From Batkoa obscura (lineage: Eukaryota), in contig JASVEC010000022.1 of the NCBI GenBank assembly GCA_030770535.1, forward strand, positions 558,001 to 622,000: 64,000 nt of DNA, given 5' to 3'. Numbering within the stretch: the first letter of the stretch is position 1; each line of letters opens with the position of its first letter. Under the pieces are notes generated by a model, which saw only the letters and a program-made list of their open reading frames with translations, was not told the origin of the DNA and did not search any database. The translations under genes were made by a program, and so were the position numbers. Positions 27,804-39,277 of this stretch are shown in pieces.

Positions 27804-30800
27804 TTATTCCCATTCATCGTCTTCCATCTTTTGTTGGATTTGTCGATATTTGCTTATTGCATTCTTTTTTTTCTTTTTACCCTTTGTATTACTAATAGTA
27901 TTAATATTATCCGAATGCTGAGTCAACATTATATTAGGACTATTATTCACATTATTAGATTCAGGACTATTTATTCCACTATTAGTGGTTTGTTGTTGAC
28001 TTCCTAAAGTTGATAATAATAAAGACATTTGTTGTTGCAATTGATTTAATTGATATTCCATTTTAATCATTTCTGAGGTTTTTTCTTCATTTGGAAATTC
28101 CAATTTATTGGAATTAATGGGTTGTTGTTGTAAAAATCGTTGTAAAGGTTGTTGAGGTTGAGGTTGTGATTGAATATTATTAGTTTCTATTTTTAACTCT
28201 TTTTTTGGAATTTCTACTGACTTATCGGTGATTTCAGCTCCTTGTTTATTATTGAGTTTTATCGATTTATCGATGGTCTCACTATATTGTTTATTATTAT
28301 CGACTTTATTTTCTTTTTTAAAAATATCTTCCATTTCCTCCTTACTTTTCGCACTTTCATCATCCTTAATACTGTTCGTTTTAACCCTAAACGATCCTTT
28401 ACTTCTTACATTTGTCCTAACTCTACTCGATTTGACTCTTTTAATACTTAATCTTTTTAATGAATTAAATCGAATAAGATCTTCTTCTGGTGTAAATGTA
28501 CCAGAAGATTGTTGTGGATTTAAATCCGTTTTCCATTGATATTGTTCTTCATTATTATTGTCATTATTTGTGTTATTATCATCAAATAGCCCATATAAAT
28601 TAGTTAATTCTTTTTCAAATAAATTGTTACTAGTAGAGGTAGTGGTCACGGGATTAAAAACTTCAAATATGGGGGAATCAATTAATGAGGTCTCATTGAA
28701 AGGGATTTCTTGAGGTTCTTTAATTTCTTTGTGGTGGGGTTCTTTAATTTCCTTTTCTTTTTGCAAAACTTGCAAAACTTCTTTTTCCTTCTCAATTTCC
28801 TTCACATCCTTTTTAAATTCAAATGTGTTACTATTACTCTCTTCATTATTAGAATAAGAGGAATATCTCATATATTCATTATTAATGGGTAATCTTTTAC
28901 CAATTTGATATTGTGTTTCATTACCAACAATAGTATGCGGACGTGAATCCAATTCTTTGTGTAATTTAATTTCACTGGCATTCATCGTTTTATATCCTCG
29001 GAAAAAGGCACTTGAAGTGTCTGAATCTTCTCTTTTACTTGGTAATTCTTTTTCTATTGAAGATATTAGTTAAACACTATTTATAATCAATTATTATTCA
29101 TTTACCTTCAACTTTTTCACTGTTTGTTGATTTAGATTCTTTATTTAATTCTATTTATTTAAATTAATATTAATTATTAGTACTATCAACTAATTAACTT
29201 ACCATTTGGTTGTTTCACTACGGTAAATGCTTTATTTTGTACATTAACTCGTTGTTTTATTGGTTGAATTTGAGAAGTGAGCGATGTTGGGGAGGGTAGA
29301 TCTAAAATAATATTAATAATTAAATACAAAATTACAAAATCATTTAAAGTACCATAATTAATATTTTCAGCTGATAAATCTAAATAAAATTTCTATTTAG
29401 GCATATATAAAATAAAAATAATCAACTGATTTTTACTTTTAAAATTATTTTTGCTATTTGAAGCATAATTGATATCTCCTTCTGAATGACTAGTTAATAA
29501 TGGATGATCATAATCTAAATAAATATATATTAATCAATATTTTAACTCAACAAAAGAATCAACTTTAATCTTACCATTAATATTTTCATTACTATTATTA
29601 TTATTGTTATTATTAATACTTTCATTACTTAAATTATCATTATTATTGTTATTATTCAAGTTAGTATTATTATTGTTATTTTCATTATTATCATGTGATT
29701 TCAGACCCTCATTATTAGGTAATGGATCCATCCAAGAAGATGGATGGGAAATATAGATGGGTAGATCAACGGCTAAATCTTTACTATAAAATAAAATAAA
29801 ATAAAATATATTAATATATTCTATTATAAGTTTACCTCATATTACATAATACAGCTACTTGTAACATGTAATTTACTTTTAATAAAGAAGTGAATCTTAA
29901 AGATAATAAATCATACTAAAATTAATAAATTAATAAATAAATTAAATTAAAAATAATTATAATAAATCAAATAAAACTTACTGGTATCGGGATAGCACAT
30001 AAGTATTCAATCGAATCATTAGGTTCTACTTTAATATCTTCTTCCTTAATAATTTTATCATAAACAGATCTTAATGGATCCATTACTTTGTTTGCAGGCT
30101 CATCTGGTGTAACAATACTTTGTAATAATGAAAGTCGAATTCCTTGAACCTGTAAAACAAAAAAAACAAGTTGATTAATTTTCTATTCTTTAAAAAAGTA
30201 TGAATTTCAAATTTACCTTTTTACTTGTCCTATTACAAATAAAGAGCTTACAATAACCCAATCCCCCTGCTACTAATAAAGAACTTTGTAACTCACATTC
30301 TAATTCTAAAGGCATTTTCCCTCCCAAAAATAATCGTTTTCTAGATTCTGCTTTAATACCATGTTCTCGATAAATTTTGACTTCTTTATCTTCCCATCGT
30401 TCATAAATCACTACCTTTCTTGATTTCTTCAATTCTTCTTTTAAGATGCCCGCTTTAAGTTCAATTTTTCTATAAGTGAAAACGAGATTAAAATCAATAG
30501 AATAAAATAACATCATTGACTTACCCTTCTAATTCGTATTCTACTTTACCACTATTGGTGGAAATGCTATTGGGTAAGTTAGAAGCTAATTTTAACATGA
30601 AAGGTAAAATTGCCCGTCCTCTTTTCATAGTCCAATAACCTTCATGATCTATATAAAATTATAAGTTGGTATCAATAAAATAATTTACAAATAATAATTT
30701 AAAGTAGATACTTACCATGACCTTTAGTTAAATCAACACAATTACTCGGATGTTCAAAATCTTGTAATAATAATCGAGTACGATAAAATAATTTTTTGAT

Positions 30801-31241
30801 TTCTTTTTGGGTAGAATAAATTTCTATTTAGAAAAATAATAATTAATCCAAAATCCAAAATAAGAAAACTTTAGTTTCTGTTAATAAAAACTTACCTTCA
30901 TATCCCGTTAATGTCAAGCCAATTTGTTTAATTTTAATAGCTTCTTTGTTCAAATTAACAATCTCTAATCTACCCTTCAATACTTGATTAGCATTAACAA
31001 AAGGGCTATCATATAACACTTTAACTTTCAATCTACCAGTACCCTTATTATTATTGTTATTATTTAAACTTGAATTTGAGATACTAGAAACTGAAGATGC
31101 AGTGATGGCATTTTTTGCTATAGAGCCAAAAGATACTTTTTTTCTATGTTGTTGATAATGAGCAGATTCAGATTTTAAATTCAATTGTTGTTTGCTTTTT
31201 TTACCTAAAGTAGTGACAAAGGGTAAGTTGGGGGTTTCCAT
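27804..31241 (-). CDS. Arrestin-fold protein with a long disordered Asn/Gln/Glu-rich C-terminal region (multi-exon, includes micro-exons)
   Basis: LKGRLEI...I.LTLTGYE, ILPFHVKL.SNLPNSI....GKVEYELEG, then an arrestin-C-like segment; 27-nt micro-exon at ~29353-29379; last exon ends at 27804. Confidence 0.75.
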
Positions 31242-32337
31242 TACAGTTCTAGGAGGAAAGATTGGGGATTCTATAACTGGTGGCCTAGCTAAGCAATTTA
31301 ATGAGGTGCAAGTTGGGAGCTTTATGATGTTTATATTAGTAAGGGATTAATTTTAACTTGAGTTTGGGTTTTTCGAGAGAGCGTTTATATTTGATTACAA
31401 AAGAATGGAATAAAAGGAACTTTGAATTTTTTAAATTTTTGAGTTTATTAACTTCAATTAAGCAAGAATTGGAACTTCTGTAAGCATTGGGTCATGGATT
31501 TGACTAGAATTCAATTGAAGTTAAAAATAGAAATTTGGTTGGGTTAAAAATAGTTTCCACTAAAGTTTTTGAAGTTTAAAAATAATGCCAAGTGAAAAAA
31601 TTCTCAATTTATTAAATGTGTTAGCATTTGGAGTGACAATCATACAAGCATGTGGTTTTTTTTCATATTAATTTCATTTAAAATTTTAGGGATCATGAAT
31701 TAAAATAATATTAATTTAATGTTATTGAATTCAATAATTAAAATTTATGTTATTTAGATAGAGTAATTGATATTAAAAATAAATATTTAAATTGTATAAA
31801 TAGTTTATTTTGATTTTATAAATAAATTCTTTTAAAAAATTACAAAATTCAATTTTTACATTAAAATGATCTAATAAATTAAAACTATCTACGGTTGATT
31901 AATATATATATGTTTTACATTACTTAGCTGCAATAGCTAATTTTCCACTAAGTGAGCTTATCTATTATCTGAGTTATTTTTTTCTATTTATTAAAAAGAA
32001 ATTAACTTTAAAAATTTTATTCTCTTCACTAAAAAGAATAAACGAGTATGTCAGTTTATCTAGAAGATTGAGATTGGTAGTAGTTTCTAGAAAAAAGTTG
32101 ACTAAATTACGGTTGTTTTTTTCGCTAAAATATAGATAAGGTAGAGTACTCAGGTTTATTTTTAAATTAAAGATAAATAAAATTCTTGTGTAAATAAATG
32201 GTTTGAATAGTTAGTTTACACTTGAAAGACTAACCAGCAATTATAACTCTAATGATGACTATAAAAAAAACTTTCGAATACTTATTGATCCTTCAATCAC
32301 TCTTAATATGGCTTTTGCATAACTCTCAGTTTCATAA

Positions 32338-32436
32338 GGAGATGTCTTTTATGTTTAAGAATTTTAGTAATAAAATTTCTGCTCAAATAGTGCTTAAAAG
32401 GATGGAAAAAGTAGTGAAGCCAAAAAAAACATCCCC
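32338..32436. mobile_element. MITE family copy, TSD ATAA
   Basis: ATAA on both flanks, diagnostic for a 4-bp TSD. Confidence 0.9.
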
Positions 32437-32720
32437 ATAACTTATAAATTACTTTATGTTATATATATTTAACCGAGTTTTTCTTAAATTAATAAAAGAA
32501 TGTTTAATTTATTTTATTATAATACATATTGTAAATTAGCAGAGTTTCCATTAAAATTTAATGAAAATTCCCACATTAATAAGGATTTTATTGATATAAT
32601 CTATGTATTAATATTAGTTAAAGCTATAATATGTAAACATATATTTATATTTCTAAAGCTTAAGAAATGTTTATTGACTGCTTTATAGTCAACGTTACAG
32701 GTTTCGTATTAAACGAATTA

Positions 32721-32818
32721 GGAAGGTGTTTTTTATTTCATTACTTTTGTATTTTTTTAAGCACTATTTGAGCGGAAAATTTGTTGGTAAAATTCTTAAA
32801 GACAAAAACACATCCTCC
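32721..32818. mobile_element. MITE family copy (decayed)
   Basis: Consensus match in reverse orientation. Confidence 0.85.
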
Positions 32819-33146
32819 ATATTTACATTTATATTTTATTAGATGTGATAATAAATTATATTCTTGTCCAGTATTTAATAAATCAAAAGTATCTAATATA
32901 ATTTTAACTAAGTTTATAAATTTTATAAGAAATAGAAAAATAAAGATTAATCTCGGTTTATTTTATAAAGAATGATAATAATTTAAAACCTTTAATGTTT
33001 ATTAAGGAAGTATTTTATCAAATAATAAAAATAAGTTATTAAACATTAATATCATTTAAGTTATTAATGTTTAAACTGGTAAATAATTAGAAAGCAAATA
33101 GTTATAGTAGTAAACAAAAATTATTATTATATTGCTTGTATTATAT

Positions 33147-33321
33147 AAAGATATGGGGATGTATTTTTGTATTTAAGAATTTTACCAACAAATTTTCCGC
33201 TCAAATAATGAAGTCAAAAAAAAAACACTCCCATATGTTTTTTTGCCTAAAAATTTTATTATAGTTATTTTACTCAAATAGCATTTAAATAAAAAAGTGA
33301 TAAAATTAAAAAAAAACTCTC
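33147..33321. mobile_element. Old decayed MITE copy interrupted by a younger copy
   Basis: AAAG-ATAT[younger copy]ATAT-GTTTTTTTGCCTAAAAATTTTAT...ACTCTC with outer ATAT flanks. Confidence 0.65.
33155..33232. mobile_element. MITE family copy with ~20-bp internal deletion, TSD ATAT
   Basis: Ends recognisable; TCAAATA joined directly to ATGAAGTC. Confidence 0.88.
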
Positions 33322-33479
33322 ATATAAAGAGAGTTAATTATAGCTTTGAAGCTAATTATTTTTTTTATACAACTATTTATTAACTTGGTAATATTTAATA
33401 ATATGGCTATAATATTAAAATTGTTTCTTTATTTAATAGTAAATCTGCAATATTAGCTATAAAACAGTCAATAGTAAAT

Positions 33480-33576
33480 GGGGCTGTTTTTTTTAGTTTC
33501 ATTATTTTTCCATTTTTTAAGCGCTATTTGAGTGGAAAGATTGTAGTAAAATTCTTAAACAAAAAAACACATCCCC
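33480..33576. mobile_element. MITE family copy, TSD AAAT
   Basis: AAAT on both flanks. Confidence 0.92.
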
Positions 33577-33710
33577 AAATGCTTTTTAATAAGGTTTTAT
33601 AAAAAGATGTATTTATATACTAATTTTAACTAATTTTAATATATAATCTATATTAATAAATTTTTTTCTAATCTGACAATTTTTATTCAACTCAATAAAA
33701 ACTCTACTAA

Positions 33711-33819
33711 CTTAAATACAAAAATACATTCCCATATTATAAGAATTTTACTAACAATTTTCCCACTCAAATAGCGCTTAAAAGATAGAAAAAGTAATGA
33801 AACCAAAAAAAACAGCCCC
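33711..33819. mobile_element. MITE family copy with its left terminus locally inverted
   Basis: Reverse-oriented end CTTAAATACAAAAATACATTCCCATAT followed by the forward-oriented remainder AAGAATTTTAC...CAGCCCC. Confidence 0.8.
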
Positions 33820-33858
33820 ATATAGTAATATATATATCATTTATTAAACAATAAATAT

Positions 33859-33953
33859 GGGGATGCATTTTTTTGCTTAAGATTTTACTAACTTTTCTAT
33901 TCAAATAGAGCATAAAAAATGAAAAAAGCGATGAAACCAAAAAAGACACTCTC
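33859..33953. mobile_element. MITE family copy, TSD ATAT
   Basis: Consensus match. Confidence 0.88.
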
Positions 33954-34065
33954 ATATAATACCACTTTATATTACTAACTTTAATATCATGTTAACAATA
34001 AAAACAATATTCTAAATAGCCATTATAAAAAATTTCTGGTAGTACTGGCATACACTATACTATAT

Positions 34066-34161
34066 GGAAGTGTTTTTTTGGCTTCATTGTTTTTTCCATC
34101 TTTTAAGCGCTATTTGAGTGGAAAACTTGGTAGTAAAATTCTTAAACAAAAAAATATCCCC
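34066..34161. mobile_element. MITE family copy, TSD ATAT
   Basis: Consensus match, reverse orientation. Confidence 0.9.
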
Positions 34162-34890
34162 ATATGGTTGTTTATTGTATAGTACACAATACTAATTAAA
34201 ATTATATTTTCTAAATATATGCTAGCCTAAAAGTTAATAGCAGGTTTCTTACACAAATGCAGGAGTATAATAAGGTAGGCTAATCATCAAGCCTGTTACA
34301 CAAATATCAGAATTATTTACGAATACCACTTCGAAGAGTGGATAACTACTAATAATCTTCAGCCTAATTTGAGATCAATTTTTAATATTATAAATAAGAC
34401 CAAGCTTACCTTTGATCAAAAGCAGCTATCCGAAAAAGAATGCACCCAAAGAAGTGATACAATTGAAATTTTATGTAATAAAAGTAAGATTCCTGTTCTT
34501 GTATATAAACTAGGTACTATGAGTAAGCGTAAAGATTTTGGTGAGGAGAGATGAAATAGAGGCTTAAGGATATTCATTGATCCAAATCAATCAGAATAGC
34601 TTTAAAGCAGTACTTTTATAATAATGTTAGTCCTGTGACTTTCAATATTAAGGGGAAAATCGTTTGAAAGGTTTAAAACATCAACCTTTTATGAAAATAT
34701 AAAGAGGCATAAGTTGTAATATAAAACAATAGATAATAAAGTAAAAAATTAATTTTAAAATTTTATTGTCAGAGTGAAAAGCTATACAAAAGTAAAAAAG
34801 GTTAAAACAAATCAATTGTTTATACTTTTTTTTATACCATTATAGATTAAGTAATGTATGGAGAAATAGAGTAAACAATGATTGTGTTAT

Positions 34891-35487
34891 TTAGTCTATT
34901 TTATTCCCGCAGCAAGAACAAAAAGATGCTGCATTTTTGGATTCATTATTATCAGTATTGGTAACAGCGGTGACTTTTTGGACAATTTTCTTATCAATGT
35001 AACCCTTTTGGTTTCTACGCCAGATCACTTTGTTTAAGTAACCGACAAATACAGACCAAACTAAATAAGGTACTAATAGTTTAGCAGCAGTATCATCAAT
35101 GGATTCAAATATGACCACAGTGGTAATTAAAGAAAGTAAAGATAAAGCTTGGGTAAATAGAGCTAAAATGTTACTTTTCAACTTAAAAAATGCTGTAGGC
35201 CATACAAAGGAAAAAAACAACTGAATAGCATAAAGTAATAGTGCTGTTTTAATACCTAAATCCTGTTCCATACTTGCATTAAAGACTAAATAACTACTAA
35301 TCCCCATTAGGCCATAAAATAAGGTTTGTAATGGCCTTAATACAAAGTGAGGTGGCGCCCATATCGGTTTGTTTATACTATTATAATATTCTCTTCCTTG
35401 GCTAATAGCACTGGTACTAATAAAACCTGCGACTTGGGGGATACCAATAAACGTTGTTACTAAAATAATGTCACTTGCGATACTCAT
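34891..35487 (-). CDS. TspO/MBR-family translocator protein (intronless)
   Basis: YNSINKPIWAPP, ALLLYAIQL..SFVWPTAFF, AAKLLVPYLVWSVF..YLN..IWRRN; first ATG is MSIASD at 35487 (the track's start is TTG). Confidence 0.93.
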   Translation of the reverse strand: MSIASDIILVTTFIGIPQVAGFISTSAISQGREYYNSINKPIWAPPHFVLRPLQTLFYGLMGISSYLVFNASMEQDLGIKTALLLYAIQLFFSFVWPTAFFKLKSNILALFTQALSLLSLITTVVIFESIDDTAAKLLVPYLVWSVFVGYLNKVIWRRNQKGYIDKKIVQKVTAVTNTDNNESKNAASFCSCCGNKID

Positions 35488-37660
35488 TTTAACAAAAATG
35501 AAATAGAATAAAAAGAGCAATTGGACAGCAAAACTTAGGTATATATAATCTTTAATATTGATTTATATTGTAAGTTATATTAAATTTTTATATTTTTAGA
35601 TTATAGATTTCGGATTATCAATTTATTTAAATTTTCATTTTAGACTATAATGTTCGATTCAGATGCCACCAAGATCGTCGATCCTTGAAATGAACTCAAG
35701 AGTTTAAAATAATAGTAAATTATATAATATTTACGATTAAAGGCATTTTAATTTGATATTGATTTTATTAAAATATGTCTTAGTCCGTATTTTATAAATT
35801 TTCTACTATTTTTAGCACTAAACTTTTATTTAGTTTTTTAATCTTTCATAACTATTTTTTACTTTATCATACGTAAATTAAAATGATCAAACTAATGATT
35901 TGCTTACTTGTTTAGTTATCAATTTAAAACTAGAAATTGATATAAAATTTCTAGCCATATTTTTATTAAATTAAAGCTTATAGATAAATCCTAAACAAAA
36001 TAATGAAATTTCATATATTATTTTATACTTTTATTTTATCGCATATAGGTTCCATACCTATCCCAAGTAATTTTTTAGTTTAGATTTTTATCATTAATTT
36101 GTTGATTGATTCTAGAGCAAAATTTGGTTCTAAAAAATAATAATTTACTCATATTTCAACCTTTTAAGCCTATTAACTAATTTAGATACTTTCTTTAATA
36201 TTATTAATAAACAGTAAGATTTAGTGAATATAGGTGAAGGCTAGTGTAATCCTTATCCATTTGCCATAATATTGACAATTATAATGAAAACAAAGTTATT
36301 TAAAACATGAAATAAAAATTAAATAGAGAACAAATTTTTCTTAGTAAATTTCAATAAGGGCTTATGTTTGTTTTAAACTATGTCCATTTTAGCCTTACAT
36401 TGGGTTTAATTTTATATACTTTCTTTGTGAATCAATGGCACTCCTTAAAAATATGTCCCGCCACGTTATAAATAGTCTTTAAAAATCTTAATTACTTCTT
36501 CAAATAACAAATAGTTTCATTTAAATAGATTAAAATATTGGAATATAATATTGAAAAATTACATAAAAGATTAGTGATAAGCAATTTTTATAAAAAACAG
36601 TGTATAAAATCCAAAACTATCTATATCTATCCGAATGGGGGGCTTTCTTGGAGCAAAAATTATCACTCCCCTTTTTCCTTCTCATCTATTACGAAAATAA
36701 TATAGAGTTGTTATTGAAGACCCTCTGATACCAGTAACTACAATTTGAAATACACTATTTAGCTTTATTTTGAAACAATTTTGATTTTTAGCCTAGAAGA
36801 TTAAAAGCTACAATGTCCCCAAAAGGTGTGCCCAAAGTGGTGTTTATTATGACAAAAGGAAGAGATAATTCAACTATGTAATCCTAGCATCAATTAAATC
36901 AATCTCTAGACTAAAATATTTTTCGTCAAATTTTCTATTAAATAGACAGTTTAATTCTTTTATTAAATTCAGATCATTATTATATTTCTATAATACCATA
37001 ATAAAGACTATGAAAGCGACTGGTTTTTATAATAGCTAAAAGCTTCGCTTCTACAACTTTTGCAAAATAAAGTAGACTGATTTATTGAGGATCATCTAGT
37101 AAATTAGCCCACTTTATTTTGCAAAAAGGTGAAATATAAAAATATTTCATATTTTCAAACATTTGAGGTTGGTTTAAATGAAATTATATTCTTAAGTCTC
37201 TAATTTTATCATACTATCTATATACAAAATATTTGGACTTAACAATTTTTGTAAAAGTACTAATCTTAAAGTGTTTTTATTATTTTAGTAGTGGAAAAGC
37301 CGAATTGGATATGTGAGCAATAGAGCTAGTAGGCAAGGAGGAGGTGAGTCCTTATGAATTTAAAATTATAGGGGTTTGGAAATAAGTTTACTCTGATAAA
37401 ACTAATCTTCAAGTTAAACTATTTTCCGTAAAATTCTTTATTAAATAATTTAATCTTTTTGCTAAATTTATAATATCATATAAGGTAAATAGAATATTAT
37501 TTAATATTGCAAAAAAAAGAGCGAAATCTAATTTTTATTAAATTAAAGAAGACTTAGGTAATGCAAATTGCCATTTTATAAGTCGAGAAATAAAAAAGAA
37601 TTTCGAAAAATTTAATAACTTTCTTTATATTAAAATTATCATTTTAAACAAGTTATTTAT

Positions 37661-38977
37661 ATGATTAGAAACATAATATTTAAAAAAAACATAGAATTAA
37701 TGAATAGAGCATGTTTAACTTCAGGTAATTAAGTATTGAATTTGAAGCTATAGAACCGATTTATAATTTTATTTTAGTTAAACCTAGATATATTAGACTT
37801 CAACCTAATTTAATTAACTTTAATCACTATTCCTCCAACTCACTTAAACCGGAATATAAAACGGACCCTAATAAATATTTGGGGGATAAAGAGCAGATTA
37901 ATGAAAAAGGGTTTATGGATAAATTCAAAGAGTTGTTTTACTTTTACAAGAATGGAATTAAATTAATTTTTAAAAACCGAAAGGAAGCATCCTTGTTAAA
38001 AGCCAAACAAAATCAAGGAGAAGTTTTGACTAGAAGGGAGTTCCAATTGGTAATATTTTTATTTTTATTTTTTATATAAACTTATTTTTAGATTTATAAT
38101 AGTGGTAAAGATATGAAAAAATTAATACCTTTTGGACTCTTGCTTCTTATATTACCAGAATCAATTCCTTTTGTGCTTGTATTTGCCCCTCAATTTGTAC
38201 CTTCTACTTGTATAACTGAAGAACAAATGGTAAAATTAAATACTATAGGAATAAACTTTTACTTACTAATTTTAGTTGAAAAAAAGAAAGAAGATTCAAG
38301 AGAAGAGAGATAACATTACTGAATTTGCTTTAAAGAGTACTAGAAATAACCAACAATTGGTAAAATTATATCAATCATTATCTTTAAGTCATTTTTATAA
38401 TTCTTGTTTAGCTTACCCAAAAAAATTTCACTCAAATTGAAAATGTTGCCAACGCTTTAGCTAACTACCATAGAAGTTTTGAGTTTAATTTCATTCAAAA
38501 AAAAGCTTTACAAGGCTATTTGAAGTAATTATTTACAAATATAGTAGCTATCAATGTAATAATATTATTTAGATTTATGGGTATATCTAGTTTTGGTCCA
38601 CTTAGCTTATTACAACGTCGAGTTTCTCAACATTTTGACTATTTAAAACAAGATGATCAAGTAAGATTTAGTGTTGTTTTATATAAATATAAAGCTAATC
38701 AAATAAAGTATCTTATAAAAGAAGGGGTTGAAGGATTGAATGAAAAAGAATTAATATTAGCCTTAGAAGAGCGTGGATTGTAATTTATTTTTGCAATTTA
38801 TTTTTAAAAAATAATTAATTATATTATAGGAGAACTTTGGAGTTAAATACTACTCAAATGAAAAATTCATTGAATTTTTGGTTAAGTGCTCATCAGTTAA
38901 GTAACCCATCCCCTCCACCTATCTTTTTAATTCTTATGAATATTTTCCGTAATAACGTCTCGCCACAAAAACAATAA
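37661..38977 (+). CDS. LETM1-like (LETMD1-type) mitochondrial membrane protein, multi-exon
   Basis: ELFYFYKNGIK, LTRREFQL, DMKKLIPFGLLLLILPESIP...PQFVPSTC, YLKQDDQYLIKEGVEGL..KELILALEERG. Confidence 0.85.
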
Positions 38978-39152
38978 ATATGTTTTAGACTAACGATGTT
39001 GTTTTATATCTCAAATTTTACGTTTTTGTATTCTTATATTTTATATAAATTCTGAAATAAATTTTGATTTCTATGGATTTTGTTTGGTACTAGAGTAACT
39101 CCAAATTAAGCTATTGTTTTCATAGTGCTTAAAGCGATGTCTTGTAAAGAAA

Positions 39153-39159
39153 CCAATCA
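39153..39159 (+). promoter_or_regulatory. CCAAT box upstream of VPS35
   Basis: CCAATCA about 125 bp before the ATG. Confidence 0.4.
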
Positions 39160-39277
39160 AAGTTGAAGTTTAAAAAAACAAAAATGAGCAAATTGTAGAC
39201 AAAGTTCTTAAAATACCAAGATTTATGGTGGCTTTAAAACTTCGATATTTTTTAAAAAAGTAAAAACAAAATAAAAA

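Noticed and set aside
32252..33955. Short ORFs at 32252, 32500, 32781 and 33767
   Set aside because: Three overlap MITE copies and the other is AT-rich spacer; no protein-like features.
32338..34161. Repeat cluster as a CRISPR-like array
   Set aside because: Units are ~98 bp, irregularly spaced, in mixed orientation, with TIRs and TSDs; eukaryotic context with no cas genes.
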